From: Octopus bimaculoides
Taxonomy: Eukaryota
DNA length: 64,000 nucleotides
Assembly (NCBI RefSeq): GCF_001194135.2
Contig: NC_068987.1
Location: 49,940,273-50,004,272 of the forward strand
Reading direction: 5' to 3'
Shown piece by piece: positions 12,584-24,219 of the stretch (position 1 is its first letter; the number at the start of each line of letters is the position of its first letter). The position numbers were made by a program, and so were the translations under genes. The notes beneath the pieces were generated by a model, which saw only the letters and a list, made by a program, of their open reading frames with translations, was not told the origin of the DNA and searched no databases.

Positions 12584-13836
12584 TCTATATATATAAAAAT
12601 GAGAATGTGTGTCTGTCTGTCTGTCTGTGTGAATCCCTAAAACTCGAGAACTACGCAACCAATTTCATTCAAATTTTACACATGCCTTACTTAGGGTTCC
12701 AGTTGTGTTTTAGTCAAAAAAAATTTTAACTTCTTGCAGAGTTCGAGCCCACGGCAACATAATATCTCCTCCACTATTTAAGTATTACGTGTCAAAAGTG
12801 AAACAAAAACACTCATGTCAAATACTTTCACTTTAAAAATGAAACTATTCTACTAACTGAAACAATCACATTTTGATAACTGTAATGACAGATACTTTNN
12901 NNNNNNNNNNNNNNNNNNNNNNNNNNNNNNNNNNNNNNNNNNNNNNNNNNNNNNNNNNNNNNNNNNNNNNNNNNNNNNNNNNNNNNNNNNNNNNNNNNNN
13001 NNNNNNNNNNNNNNNNNNNNNNNNNNNNNNNNNNNNNNNNNNNNNNNNNNNNNNNNNNNNNNNNNNNNNNNNNNNNNNNNNNNNNNNNNNNNNNNNNNNN
13101 NNNNNNNNNNNNNNNNNNNNNNNNNNNNNNNNNNNNNNNNNNNNNNNNNNNNNNNNNNNNNNNNNNNNNNNNNNNNNNNNNNNNNNNNNNNNNNNNNNNN
13201 NNNNNNNNNNNNNNNNNNNNNNNNNNNNNNNNNNNNNNNNNNNNNNNNNNNNNNNNNNNNNNNNNNNNNNNNNNNNNNNNNNNNNNNNNNNNNNNNNNNN
13301 NNNNNNNNNNNNNNNNNNNNNNNNNNNNNNNNNNNNNNNNNNNNNNNNNNNNNNNNNNNNNNNNNNNNNNNNNNNNNNNNNNNNNNNNNNNNNNNNNNNN
13401 NNNNNNNNNNNNNNNNNNNNNNNNNNNNNNNNNNNNNNNNNNNNNNNNNNNNNNNNNNNNNNNNNNNNNNNNNNNNNNNNNNNNNNNNNNNNNATGTGGT
13501 GCATAAATTGTCAAGTAAATGAGACGCATCTTTGCCTCTACTGATTCACTTGCAAAGTGTTGAGTAAAATTATTTCGTTGCAGACCTCCTTTGGGTCTTT
13601 TTATTATCACTGCGACACACATAGTCCCCAGTTGGTAACATTGATTTCAAGGCCCTCCTAGATGAGAGACTGGCATTCCACTTAATGTCTATGTTCCATG
13701 CTGGCATGGATTGGAGAGTTATTAATGTAGAAATATGGTATCGTAGCTACTAACAGTTGAGGGTTGCGTAGTCTAGACGGCGTTTTTAGATTTCATTATT
13801 CTCTTTAACCCGGGCAAAGCCGGGTATTTCTGCTAG
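12584..13836 (+). mobile_element. Non-autonomous Helitron (spans an N gap)
   Basis: A|TC-TATATATATAAAA 5' end followed by (GTCT)n; 3' hairpin ACCCGG-gcaaag-CCGGGT (13808-13825) then CTAG|T; A/T insertion site with no TSD. Confidence 0.8.
12899..13493. other. Assembly gap (N run)
   Basis: Other gaps: 10822-10921, 15014-15427, 21206-21215, 35490-35954, 42513-42522, 43387-43396, 49689-49717, 50338-50347. Confidence 1.
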
Positions 13837-14800
13837 TGTTTAATAAAACTGAGATAGTTTTAAACTTTCTAGACTTGTCAGTCCTTACAAAAGAACTATT
13901 ATCAATGTAAACTATTTTGTTTTTTCTTTAATAAGGATGAAGAAGGACAGTTTTTGGGTGGTAGTGGGGAGGGATGGACTGATATATGTCATTTTGAGAA
14001 CACTTGGTTCAAGGGAGAAGAATGGGCTAATACAGCTTGGTTCTGGTGTTGTATTTGAACTCAGAACGTGAAAAATCTGGAATAAATACTGCAAGCAATG
14101 TCTGCCCTAAACTCCAACAATTCTGCCAATTCACTGACCAGAAGGATGAAATTCAAAGTTGACCTCAGTGAGACTTGAACTTGGAAAGTGAAGAACCAAT
14201 GCATTTTCTGTGATTCTACCAATCATTTTCTGTGGATTCTACCAATCCACACACACATACATGCAGTCTTTCATTTGTTAGTTTTATATTTGTTTTTTTC
14301 CTCAGCTGACATAGAGTACTTGCTTCAAGTATTACACAAATCAAACCCAGTATTACATGGTTGCACCTACAAACAGGAAAAGTGTGAATTTCAGTGGAAA
14401 GAATAATGATAAATGACCAAAGTGTCTATAACAAGATTGTAGGGTAGAGGATGTAAGAAAAGATCCAGAGAGAGAGGAGCACATGAGAATAGCAAAAACT
14501 TGATCAATTCAAACATGTAGAAATTGTTGTAATAGTTGGAAAAGAGGTTGACATAAGAGACAAAATGTCTTTGAGCCAGAAATTATAGTACACAGGTGAT
14601 TAAACCTTTGTCAGATGATATCTAGGATTCTTGTGTGGGTAGCAACAGCAGTAGTAGCTAACATATGCGAAATGAATCAATTCCATTTATGTATCAGCAA
14701 AGCTTGTATGTGAAACTCAGAGTAACAATGAGGTGAAACAAAAGTGATGATAAAAGATGAATAGAACAAAAGCTTTGAACAAAAGCTAAAAGCCATTATA

Positions 14801-14993
14801 CAAGGGGGAGCTGAAAAATTCCTGGCTTTAAGGGTATTGTAAAAGGCCTGATTGGAGGCCCAACCTTCTGAGATCTTTTACAGGGCTTAGAAAACCTGAA
14901 GAACCACTTCAATAAGTGTGTGAATCTGAGAGGGGAAACTGATCCTCCTGTATTTTCTTTACCCCAAAGAAGAAACTTTTCAGCACATCCTCA
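14801..14993 (+). mobile_element. Mariner-derived MITE, second copy
   Basis: Same TIRs and interior as 368-584, TA flanks. Confidence 0.8.
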
Positions 14994-15427
14994 TATATAT
15001 ATATATATATATANNNNNNNNNNNNNNNNNNNNNNNNNNNNNNNNNNNNNNNNNNNNNNNNNNNNNNNNNNNNNNNNNNNNNNNNNNNNNNNNNNNNNNN
15101 NNNNNNNNNNNNNNNNNNNNNNNNNNNNNNNNNNNNNNNNNNNNNNNNNNNNNNNNNNNNNNNNNNNNNNNNNNNNNNNNNNNNNNNNNNNNNNNNNNNN
15201 NNNNNNNNNNNNNNNNNNNNNNNNNNNNNNNNNNNNNNNNNNNNNNNNNNNNNNNNNNNNNNNNNNNNNNNNNNNNNNNNNNNNNNNNNNNNNNNNNNNN
15301 NNNNNNNNNNNNNNNNNNNNNNNNNNNNNNNNNNNNNNNNNNNNNNNNNNNNNNNNNNNNNNNNNNNNNNNNNNNNNNNNNNNNNNNNNNNNNNNNNNNN
15401 NNNNNNNNNNNNNNNNNNNNNNNNNNN

Positions 15428-16703
15428 GATCCATTTGACAGAGGTAGTAGAGAGCCAATCTGATCTTGATCTTGAAAGTTTGCATGAATTCTGGCTCTTG
15501 AAAGTTTGCATGAATCCTGGCTCAGTTATTTCTCTTTTGGCTCCAAATGATGTCATCTGTAGTGCAGCATTGTATTGCATAATTTTGTTTTGGAAGTGCT
15601 TGGAATCTTGGTCAGTTGATGACAACAGCTTCTTCAATTCCTCTGGAGGTCGGGGGATTGCAGGGAGTTCGACCTTTCCACCACTGCAGCACAGTGCAGG
15701 TATCTCTCCAGGCCACTTTCTTGCTTTACAATGTATGCACTCTCTTGTCATTGCACCAATGGAAACTCTAGTGTCATCTCCAAAATGAACTGCTGGATCA
15801 TAATTGAAAGCTGCTTCATAGAAGTTGCTTCTCCGAGCTGTTGCAACTGCTCTTTGTTCTCCAGTGGAGATCCTATTCCTTGTCAACCATGCATACCGCT
15901 GTTCATCACTTTGAGATGCTCTGGCTTTTGTAGTGCACAGTCTGTTCATTTTTTGGTATGCTTCTCTTTCTGCTGCTGTCTCTCTTTCCCTGGACAGAGA
16001 CATTCTTTTGGCTGACCTTGACATTGTAGTCAAATTTGACACTTTTCTTCTAGGCATGGTTATATATGTATACAGAAATACACAGGTGCAGAAGATAGTA
16101 AACAATGAAAATAACTGTGTAACAGAAATTATATTTCTTAATACAACAGGCAGAATGTAAATAAGAAATTTTCATGGAAAATAAAGAATTATACAGGTTG
16201 AAGTGAAATTTATCACTTAGGGAACCAAAGAGCCAGTATCAAAGGAACCAGAAAAAAGCTGTTAACAGAAAAACACAAAACCATTGCAAAAGTAAATAAG
16301 AAATTTTTAGGGAAATTAAGTGTACAGATTGAAGTGAAATTTATGAAGTTACTTCTGTCAGTAAATTATGTATGAAATTATTTTCATCAGTAATTGTGAA
16401 TTTCTTTCTGTCAGTAATTTGTCACTGTTGTTTGTAAATAGCAATTGAAAACAATAGCGATTGAACTTAAAGTGTAAACAATAGCATCTGAAAAATGAAA
16501 GTGAAAAAAAACAACAGGGAGTGAGTGAGATATAGAGAGAGGGAGAGAGAGAGCTAGCTAGTTAGACAAATAAGATAGATATAGATAGATAAGACAGACA
16601 AATAGATACAGAGAGATAAATAGATAGAGATGGTTAGAGAGATGTAGAAAGATAGAGATATGCGCGAAAAGCGAATACACACACCTCTATTTTATATATT
16701 AGA
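15428..16703 (-). mobile_element. Helitron 5' part with disrupted Rep N-terminal ORF (ATG 16057)
   Basis: A|TCTAATATATAAAA terminus at 16703; ORF has CIHCKARKWPGE...CCSGGKVELP, YNAALQMTSFG, PGFMQTFK and an out-of-frame IGSLLP, typical of Helitron Rep N-terminal regions; 3' part lost in the gap. Confidence 0.9.
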
Positions 16704-16725
16704 TGAGATTGTGATAATTTTTTGA

Positions 16726-17032
16726 CTAGTGGATGTAAAGGGGACATACCTCCCTTCTCCACAGAACACCAGAACGAAAATTTCTGATCCCCCATTAATC
16801 ATTATGTGAAAAATGTTAAGAGTCTAAAACCATCTCTGGAACATAAGTAATGTATGTTCCCAGTTTGAAAAAACTCAGTTTAATGTAATCAGTTGTAATC
16901 TTTTTACACACACACACATACAGAACAGGATTTATATTATAGATGTATGTTCCCAGTTTGGAGAAAATCAGTTGTAAATACTGCTTTTACATACACACAT
17001 GCGCACACAGAGAACAGGACTTATATTATAGA
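16726..17032 (-). mobile_element. Short Helitron-like element with tandemly duplicated 5' end
   Basis: A|TCTATAATATAA termini at 16943 and 17032, each followed by a GT-rich microsatellite; CTAG|T end at 16726 preceded by a weak GGGA..TCCC stem. Confidence 0.55.
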
Positions 17033-20000
17033 TATATATATAGCTAATATTCTCTTATCTTATTCAATGGAACTTTTTAGATTGCCCAACAGACCATTAG
17101 ACATACATCAACCCCATATTATTAGCTGATCTCAGATGAAGGCAGCAAGCTGGCAGAATCATTTGCACATTGGAAAAATGGTTAGTAGCATTTGTTCTGG
17201 CTCTTTAGGTTCTGATTTCAAATGGGCTCATGGCTGAGGCAGTGCTAGTGTAGTAATTCCGATTACAGTGTTGAATATGCCAGTGATTGAGGTATTAAAT
17301 ACTTTGAAATGTGCAGGAGTGAAAGTGAGGCATGCTGGTGCATTGTAAAGTACAAACAACTTTTTCCATTAAATATGAGACTCACCAAGGGTCTAATAGA
17401 AGTAAGTTGCATCTACAAGGCCACAGAGAGGATGAGAAACAAATGAGAAAGGCATGCTGTGATGCATGAATGTGACAGTGTTAGTATGTGTATGAACCTT
17501 GTGTGGTGTAGCGAAAAGGAATGAACAGTATGAAAATGAGTAAACAAAAGTGGCAAATTTAGCTGGAAATAGTGTCCTTTCTTAAAAGTCTACTGCTGAA
17601 AGTGAAAAAAAGATGTGCTTGCAAAGAAAAAGAGGATGCTGAAAGTCTATGTGAGAGTCTTAAATTTGCAGAAATGTTTGTAGATAATGCATTGGGACGA
17701 GACGAAAAGTGAGTGTGCATTGAAAAGTTTGCATGTGCAGGCTTCTGTATTTTCCTCCAGTTAGTTTCTGGGCAGGTGACTGTCAAAATGATGCATTTAT
17801 TGTCTTCCATGGTCAGTGAAATACATTGTTTTTTCATGTAGTTGAAAGACTGAGACCTCTGCTCATGAAGGCAGTACAGGTTTAGCATACAGTATCTGAT
17901 AGCATAAAAAGACTTTAATCTTCTCTAAGCATGCAAATGCAAGAAAATTTCTGAGTAGGTGAATCAAACTATTTATGTAAGCATGAAAAATGTTATTATC
18001 ATCATCGTCATTTAATGTCTGGCTTCTGTACTGGCCTGGGTTGGATAGTTTGACAGAGTCTGATGAGTTGGAGGGCTTTGTTATGCACCAGTGTCTGTTA
18101 TGGCATGGTGTCTACAACTGGATGCCTGTGCTAATACCAACCACTTTTTAGAGTGTCCTGGCACCAGCAGTGATGATCACCTCATAACTTGCAAGGTTAT
18201 AACTGAGTGAGAACTGAATAGTGGATAATGATCCTAGGTGGAGAGATGTGGGAAAAGTAAGAGGGGATGTTGGGTAAGTATGTCAGGGAACAGGGGAGGG
18301 AAGGGATTAGTGATGGGTCAAAAAGGAAGGGATGCAATGCTGAATCTATAATAATACAAAAAGATATGGTGACAGCTGTGGTTTCTGGGAAGTGAAAGAA
18401 TTCTTGAAAAATAAGCTCTGATTAAAAACTCAAGTGCCAAGTAGGTAAAGTATTCATTTTGCTTGCTTATGGATTATGAATTCAAATCTTCTGCAGGACA
18501 TTTTGTTCTACATTATCTCTATTTTCCTAGCTATTGGGAATAGGCATCAGAATTATCTGACAATTTAACTTGTTGGACTGGTGGATAAATTACACTGTGT
18601 AACATGATTTTTGCCCTTGAGTAGTAGCTGTTATTTCCTATTTGGTTACCCCTAGAAAGTATGAAAAATGGTTAATATATCCTTCAAACTTTGCTTTTGT
18701 TACATTTATTCAAACCCCAAAGAATCCCGCTCAACACATGACTATGATGCTCTCCCACTACTCCTGTTCATGATCAGAGATGCACATATTGTCAGCCACT
18801 AAGGCACATGCTCAAATAGTTAAGGTCAAGTAACTGATAAGCAAATCTGTGGTATTGGGCAGAATATTAACTATAACAATCTTTATGCTTCAGCAACTCA
18901 GCACTGAATCTATCTGAAATGTAATGGAAAATAGGCCAGTTTCAAAACATTGATATCCAGGTCACAAAAGCAAAGTTTGAAGGGAATAGTAGTCATTCCT
19001 TTGATTTCTAGATAGAAGTGAATAGGAAATGACATTTATGACCAAAGCGAAAAAAACAAAAAAAAAACACTAAAAGTTTCGTTATACAGTATTATATTTC
19101 ACTCTAAGCTTTTATACTGAAATAAATTAATTTTGTAATGTGAAGTTGTCTGAATAGCTCGTGATATATTAATAGCATTAATACTTTGAATAAACCTTCT
19201 GTACACTGAAGAGTAAATGGAATGAAAATCTTGAAAACAATAACATTTTTATAAAATAGCCACTTGAGTTTCAGTTGCAGTGCATTAAGTAGTCCTAAAA
19301 CCAGCCAATCATGTTCAAAGGGCGTATATTGTTATTTTTGTATTAGATTGTCATCATTTTAATGTCCATTTTGCTATGCATGGGTCAGATGGAATTCATT
19401 GAAGCTGATTTTTTATAGCCCGATGTCTTTCTTGTTGCCAATTCTTACCTGTTTAAATGTAAGGTAATATTTCTCCATGGCAAGACATGTTTTCACAAAA
19501 CATTAGAAATAAGGACTTCACTTGGTGATTCTCATTTACAACTATCATGTGATGTCAAGACAAGGAGACACAACCTCCTTCCCCCCTACATATATAATCC
19601 TTTCTACTATAGGCACAAGGTCTGAAATTTTGAGGGGATGGGACTAGTTGATTAAACTGATCCCAGTATACAATTGGCACTTATTTATCAACCCCAAAAG
19701 GGAAAGGCAAAGTCAACCTATGCAGTGGGATTGAACCTGAAATCATGGTTGGGAAGCCAACTTGTTAACCACATAGCCATGTCTGCACCTATATCCTTAA
19801 GTCTTACTGATGTTATATTTGGAATCAGCACACCCAATACACCTACAAAGAATCAACCTAACTACTAAGGTACCAAAATGCAAGATATAACTGGGATTCT
19901 TAATTTCGGTATGAATGGTTACATTAGTATATAAAGGAGTATGCAGTATATTCAGACATGTAACTGATAGGGAAAAACTAATGGTATGTTTGGAATCAGC

Positions 20001-20224
20001 ACCCATAATATACCCCATAATTGATCTAACTTTCCAGTCAGCAGAATGTTTTGTTCTCACATCAACATTACAGCCTATGATCAATCGTGATTGAGCAGAC
20101 ATGATTAAATGGCATTCTAGCTGTGACTTATCTTTTGCAATAGTGTGTGTGTGTAGAAGATGCACAGGAGTCATTAAGTCTACAGATACATGGGGAAATT
20201 GATTTTCTCAAATGATCTGAAGAC

Positions 20225-20690
20225 TCTCTAGAGATTGTAGATAATTTCTGTTATATAGATGACCTAATTAGTAGAGAGGAAGGATGTTCCAAATGTGTAA
20301 TTACTAGAATAAGAATAGGATGGAAAAAATTCAGTGCTTTTCCTAAGATTTCTCTCTCAGAGTGAAGGGAAAATTGTATGATGCTTGTGCATGAATTGTA
20401 ATGCTACACGGTAGTGAGACATGAGCCCTAAATGCAGAGGACATGTGAAGACTGGAGAGAAATGAAGCTAGTATGCTCCACTGGATGTGCAATATCAGTG
20501 TACATGTATGACAGAGTGCTAGTGCATTGAGAGAAAAGTTAGGCATAAAGAGGAATGAAACTAATGGAAGAGAGAGACTCAGGAAGACATGGGACAAAGT
20601 ATTGAAGGTCGATCTAATGATGCTGAGTTTTATTGGAAGAGATGACAAAGGACCAAGATATCAGGTGCCTTGCTGTGCTTGAGAAAACCC
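20225..20690 (+). mobile_element. RTE-clade LINE fragment
   Basis: Homologous to 35955-36305 (RIRIGWKKFS, LYDAC, MLHGSETW, EASMLHWMC). Confidence 0.85.
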
Positions 20691-21405
20691 ATTCACCACA
20701 ACAGAATTGATATCCTCAAACCATCTTGGTAAATGCTTGTACATGTGAAGCTCTGCCCTACCTCCATCCTCTCTGCTCTGTGAAGCTTACCCCACATCTC
20801 ATTCCCAACACTTATCACTTCTTTATCTCTGACAGTGTTGTTCAGCTACCATAATCACTCAAGAGCAGAATAGGCACTATGCATACACACATCACACTTT
20901 TATTACCTTCTCTTTTCCAGAGCTCCCTATCTTTTCCCAGCCATGATCTCCACTCTCTGCTTGACTCAATCCTTAGAACCACCTCCATTCCTCATTATCC
21001 AGTCATGCTCTCTCCTCTCTGCTATACACCTCATTCACGCCCTATCTCTCGCATTGCCCACACATATCTAACATAGCATTTCATCTATCTTTATGCTCTG
21101 AGTTCAAATGCTGCTGAGGTCGATTTTGCCTTTCATCATTTCAGGGTCAATAAATTAAGCACCAGTCAAGCACTGGGTTAATGTAATTGACTATCCACTT
21201 CCCCCNNNNNNNNNNAATTAAGCACCAGTCAAGCACTGGGTTAATGTAATTGACTATCCACTTCCCCCAAAATTCAAAGCCTTGTGCCAATACCAGAAAA
21301 GATTATTAAGTTAAATAGAACTCCATAGATATGTGTATGTTTTTTTTTTTTTTTGTGAAAACTTGTTTATTTTTGCCAATCTTATTAGAGAAGAGGGAAG
21401 GACTT

Positions 21406-22065
21406 GGTAACTGGGGCAAAATGAGTAATTTCTGATTTCTTGTTATTTTCTCCTTACTTGTTCAAAACCATTATGTTGCAGGTATTACATCTTTATTTTG
21501 TACTGTTGCATCATTTTTGATAGTAAAAATTGAGTCAGGTGACAGGTACTTTTTTTTCAAGAAATTTTTCAATTTTAACTTGGTTGCTAATAAAATATCT
21601 GGATAATTTTTGGTGGTTAACAATCAATATTCTTTTCTCTATTAGATTTCAGGTCAATTTTTTTCCACACTAATGTCTAATTTTGATAATTTTCCATTTT
21701 CAAAAACAATGTCTAAACTGGGGCAAAATGAGTAATGACTAATCATAATTTCTCTAACTGCAGGGTGCACAAATATATCATGAAGAGAGCCACTTGAGCA
21801 GATTGTGAAGAAGCTGTTGAGAATATTTCATGTTGAGTTTTTAGATTTAGTCGAGTTTTGTTAATTTCATATCATATGCCATTTTTCTATGATCCTCTTT
21901 TAATCTGACCAAGATATTTAATTTTTTAATTTTTTTTTTTTTGCATTTCTGATCTTTCTTATGTCTAAGGATGGATATTGATGCATATGAATCTTTTTTC
22001 AAATGCAATTCTGGAGAACTGAAAAGGAAAATTTACCTTATCTTGTCTTACTCATTTTACTCCAT
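21406..22065. mobile_element. Possible DNA-transposon remnant
   Basis: CTGGGGCAAAATGAGTAA at about 21411 and 21718 (direct) and a diverged inverted copy at about 22048-22065. Confidence 0.35.
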
Positions 22066-23526
22066 CCAAATTTATCTTTTACATGATCAAAGAGAACAGA
22101 GATAATTTTCTGAAATAGTGTTCTGAATATTTTATAGTGTTTTCAAAGCATTTGGAGACCATTTGCTAAACAGTTATGGTTTTCGTAAGGTAGTGAACAT
22201 TTGTGAAATATATTGTTTTCTCAAAGTAAAAATTGCAGTAAACATTACTCACTGCGACCCCACCCTCGCCCTATGAATTGCTTCATACACTACAATATTA
22301 ACTCTATTGTGCGAAACATTTTATCGCGAATTGATTAATGTAAAATCTATATACCATTGATAGTCAAACAGAACATATATTAGTAATTCATTGAAAACAT
22401 GTTTACATCTGACCCTCGTACTATGCCTAAGACTTGAGTTGACTCAACAATTCTAGGTATGCATCAACATACTATTAACCACCTCAACCTTGAACAATAC
22501 GAAATAAATAAAAAAAAAACACTATCGTAACCCTAGAAGTCTTGTTTACATCTTCATAAGATAAGATTTATATGAGTAGTAAGTTTGGTGAAAGACTGAA
22601 TAAGCTTGTCTTTGTTGCTGACAGGCGTGTGTGTGTCAGAGAGAGAGGATGTGTGGTGTATTGTGCGTGTGCTTTGATGTGTGCTTTTGCTTGTTTTCGT
22701 AGTTCACTGTATTTGCGAGTGTCTGTATATGTACCTAAGTGTATTTATGTAGCCGATTGTGATTGTGTGCAAATATTTGAGGGTGTGTACTTATATTTGT
22801 ATCTTCTTTTGTATATAATGTTGTTTAGCTCTAAATCAGATTTCATCGAGCTACCCTTATGGTTAGAGACATTGCAACCATAATTATCCTATGTATTTAC
22901 TTGTACTCTTCTCTACATTATTCTGATATATATTATCCCATTTTTTTTTCAAGAGAGTAGGAGTAATTTGAGGGAGATTCGGTTGCTAATTATTAACAAG
23001 TCAGACGACCACGTGTTGCAAATGTAGAAAAACCTCTCGCCCGCACTCAAATTTAAAACCACCAAATGAAGAAGTTTTTTAAAAAGACCTTTAGATAGTA
23101 AAAACACACAAAAAACCCTTATGTCCAAAACAATACTTTAATATAAATTGCATTTTCTATGAATTAAAATTAAAGATTCGTTTATTTTTCTCAACAAAGA
23201 TACACCCTACAGGCTCTTACGATTTTGTAATTCGACCCCAGTACTAAAACGTTGCTCCCCACCCGCCATTGATATAGAGGTTCCCCTCATTGGCTCCGTG
23301 TTTGTGTGCTGAGAAGTGGGTACGTTTGCTAAGAAGAGGGTATTGCACCTCTGTATACAGCCCTTGTGGCTAATTAAATGAAATAAAGAAGAGGGTATGA
23401 GGGAAGAATTTGTTCATGTTTACGGGCTCCTGCTGAACATTTTCCCCCTATGTTCGCGACATGAATATGCTGTTATACTTAGGCAGACTACACCCATGTC
23501 TTACGTTTGTGTATATGTTAATGGGT

Positions 23527-24219
23527 GGAGTCTGGACAAAAGCCCCATAATTAAAGTGTGAAAGTGGACAAAAGACCCAGTTATATTTTTGGATCTGTCA
23601 TTAGATTGTGGTCATGCCGAGGTACTGCCTTAATTATTAGTTGAATGTATCAACCCCAGTATTTTTTCTTTTACTTGTTGCAGTTATTAGACTGCGACCG
23701 GCCATGCTGGGACCCCACCTTAAAGAATTTTTAGATGGCTGTATGGAACCCAGAATTTTATTAAGCTTGATCAAAACTACTTCTGTGATATATTTCGTTT
23801 TTTTGTTTTCTTTTTACTTGTTTCAGTCATTGGACTGTGGCCATGCTGGGGCACCGCCTTGAGGAATTTTTAATCGATACAGTTGACTAAAAAATTCTTG
23901 AAGGTGGTGCTCCAGCATGGCCGCAGCCTAATAACTGCAACAAGTAAAAATGAAAAACAATTCTAGCGTCGATACCTTCGACTAAAAATTCTTCAAGGTG
24001 GTGCCCCAGCATGACCGCAGTCTAATTGCGTCAAGTAAAAAGGATAAAAAATTCTGGAGTCGAAACGTTCAACTAAAAATTCTTCGAAGCGGTGCTCCAG
24101 CATGGGCTACAGTCTGATGACTGAAACAAGTAAAAGGTGAAAAAATAACAGAAAAAATATTACAAGTGGAGCTTTTGTCCACTTTCACACTTTAACTAGG
24201 GGGATTTTGTCCGACACTC
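23527..24219. mobile_element. Non-autonomous Mutator-like (MULE) element containing mirrored SINE-tail modules
   Basis: 9-bp direct repeat TTAATGGGT at 23518-23526 and 24220-24228; imperfect 48-bp TIRs at 23527-23574 and 24172-24219 (GGACAAAA.CCCC..A.TTAAAGTGTGAAAGTGGACAAAAG). Confidence 0.8.

Noticed and set aside
12828-13622. Long ORFs here and at about 14909-15485 and 35349-36161
   Set aside because: Their length comes from N runs; only the Helitron and RTE portions are real.
21153-21268. Perfect tandem duplications flanking 10-N gaps (also about 43307-43470 and 50283-50400)
   Set aside because: Typical scaffolding artefact of overlapping contig ends.
23590-24140. CRISPR-like repeat-spacer appearance (also 57950-58300)
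   Set aside because: Eukaryotic intron-containing context, units diverged and in mixed orientation, no cas genes; the 23.6-24.1 kb units match SINE tails.
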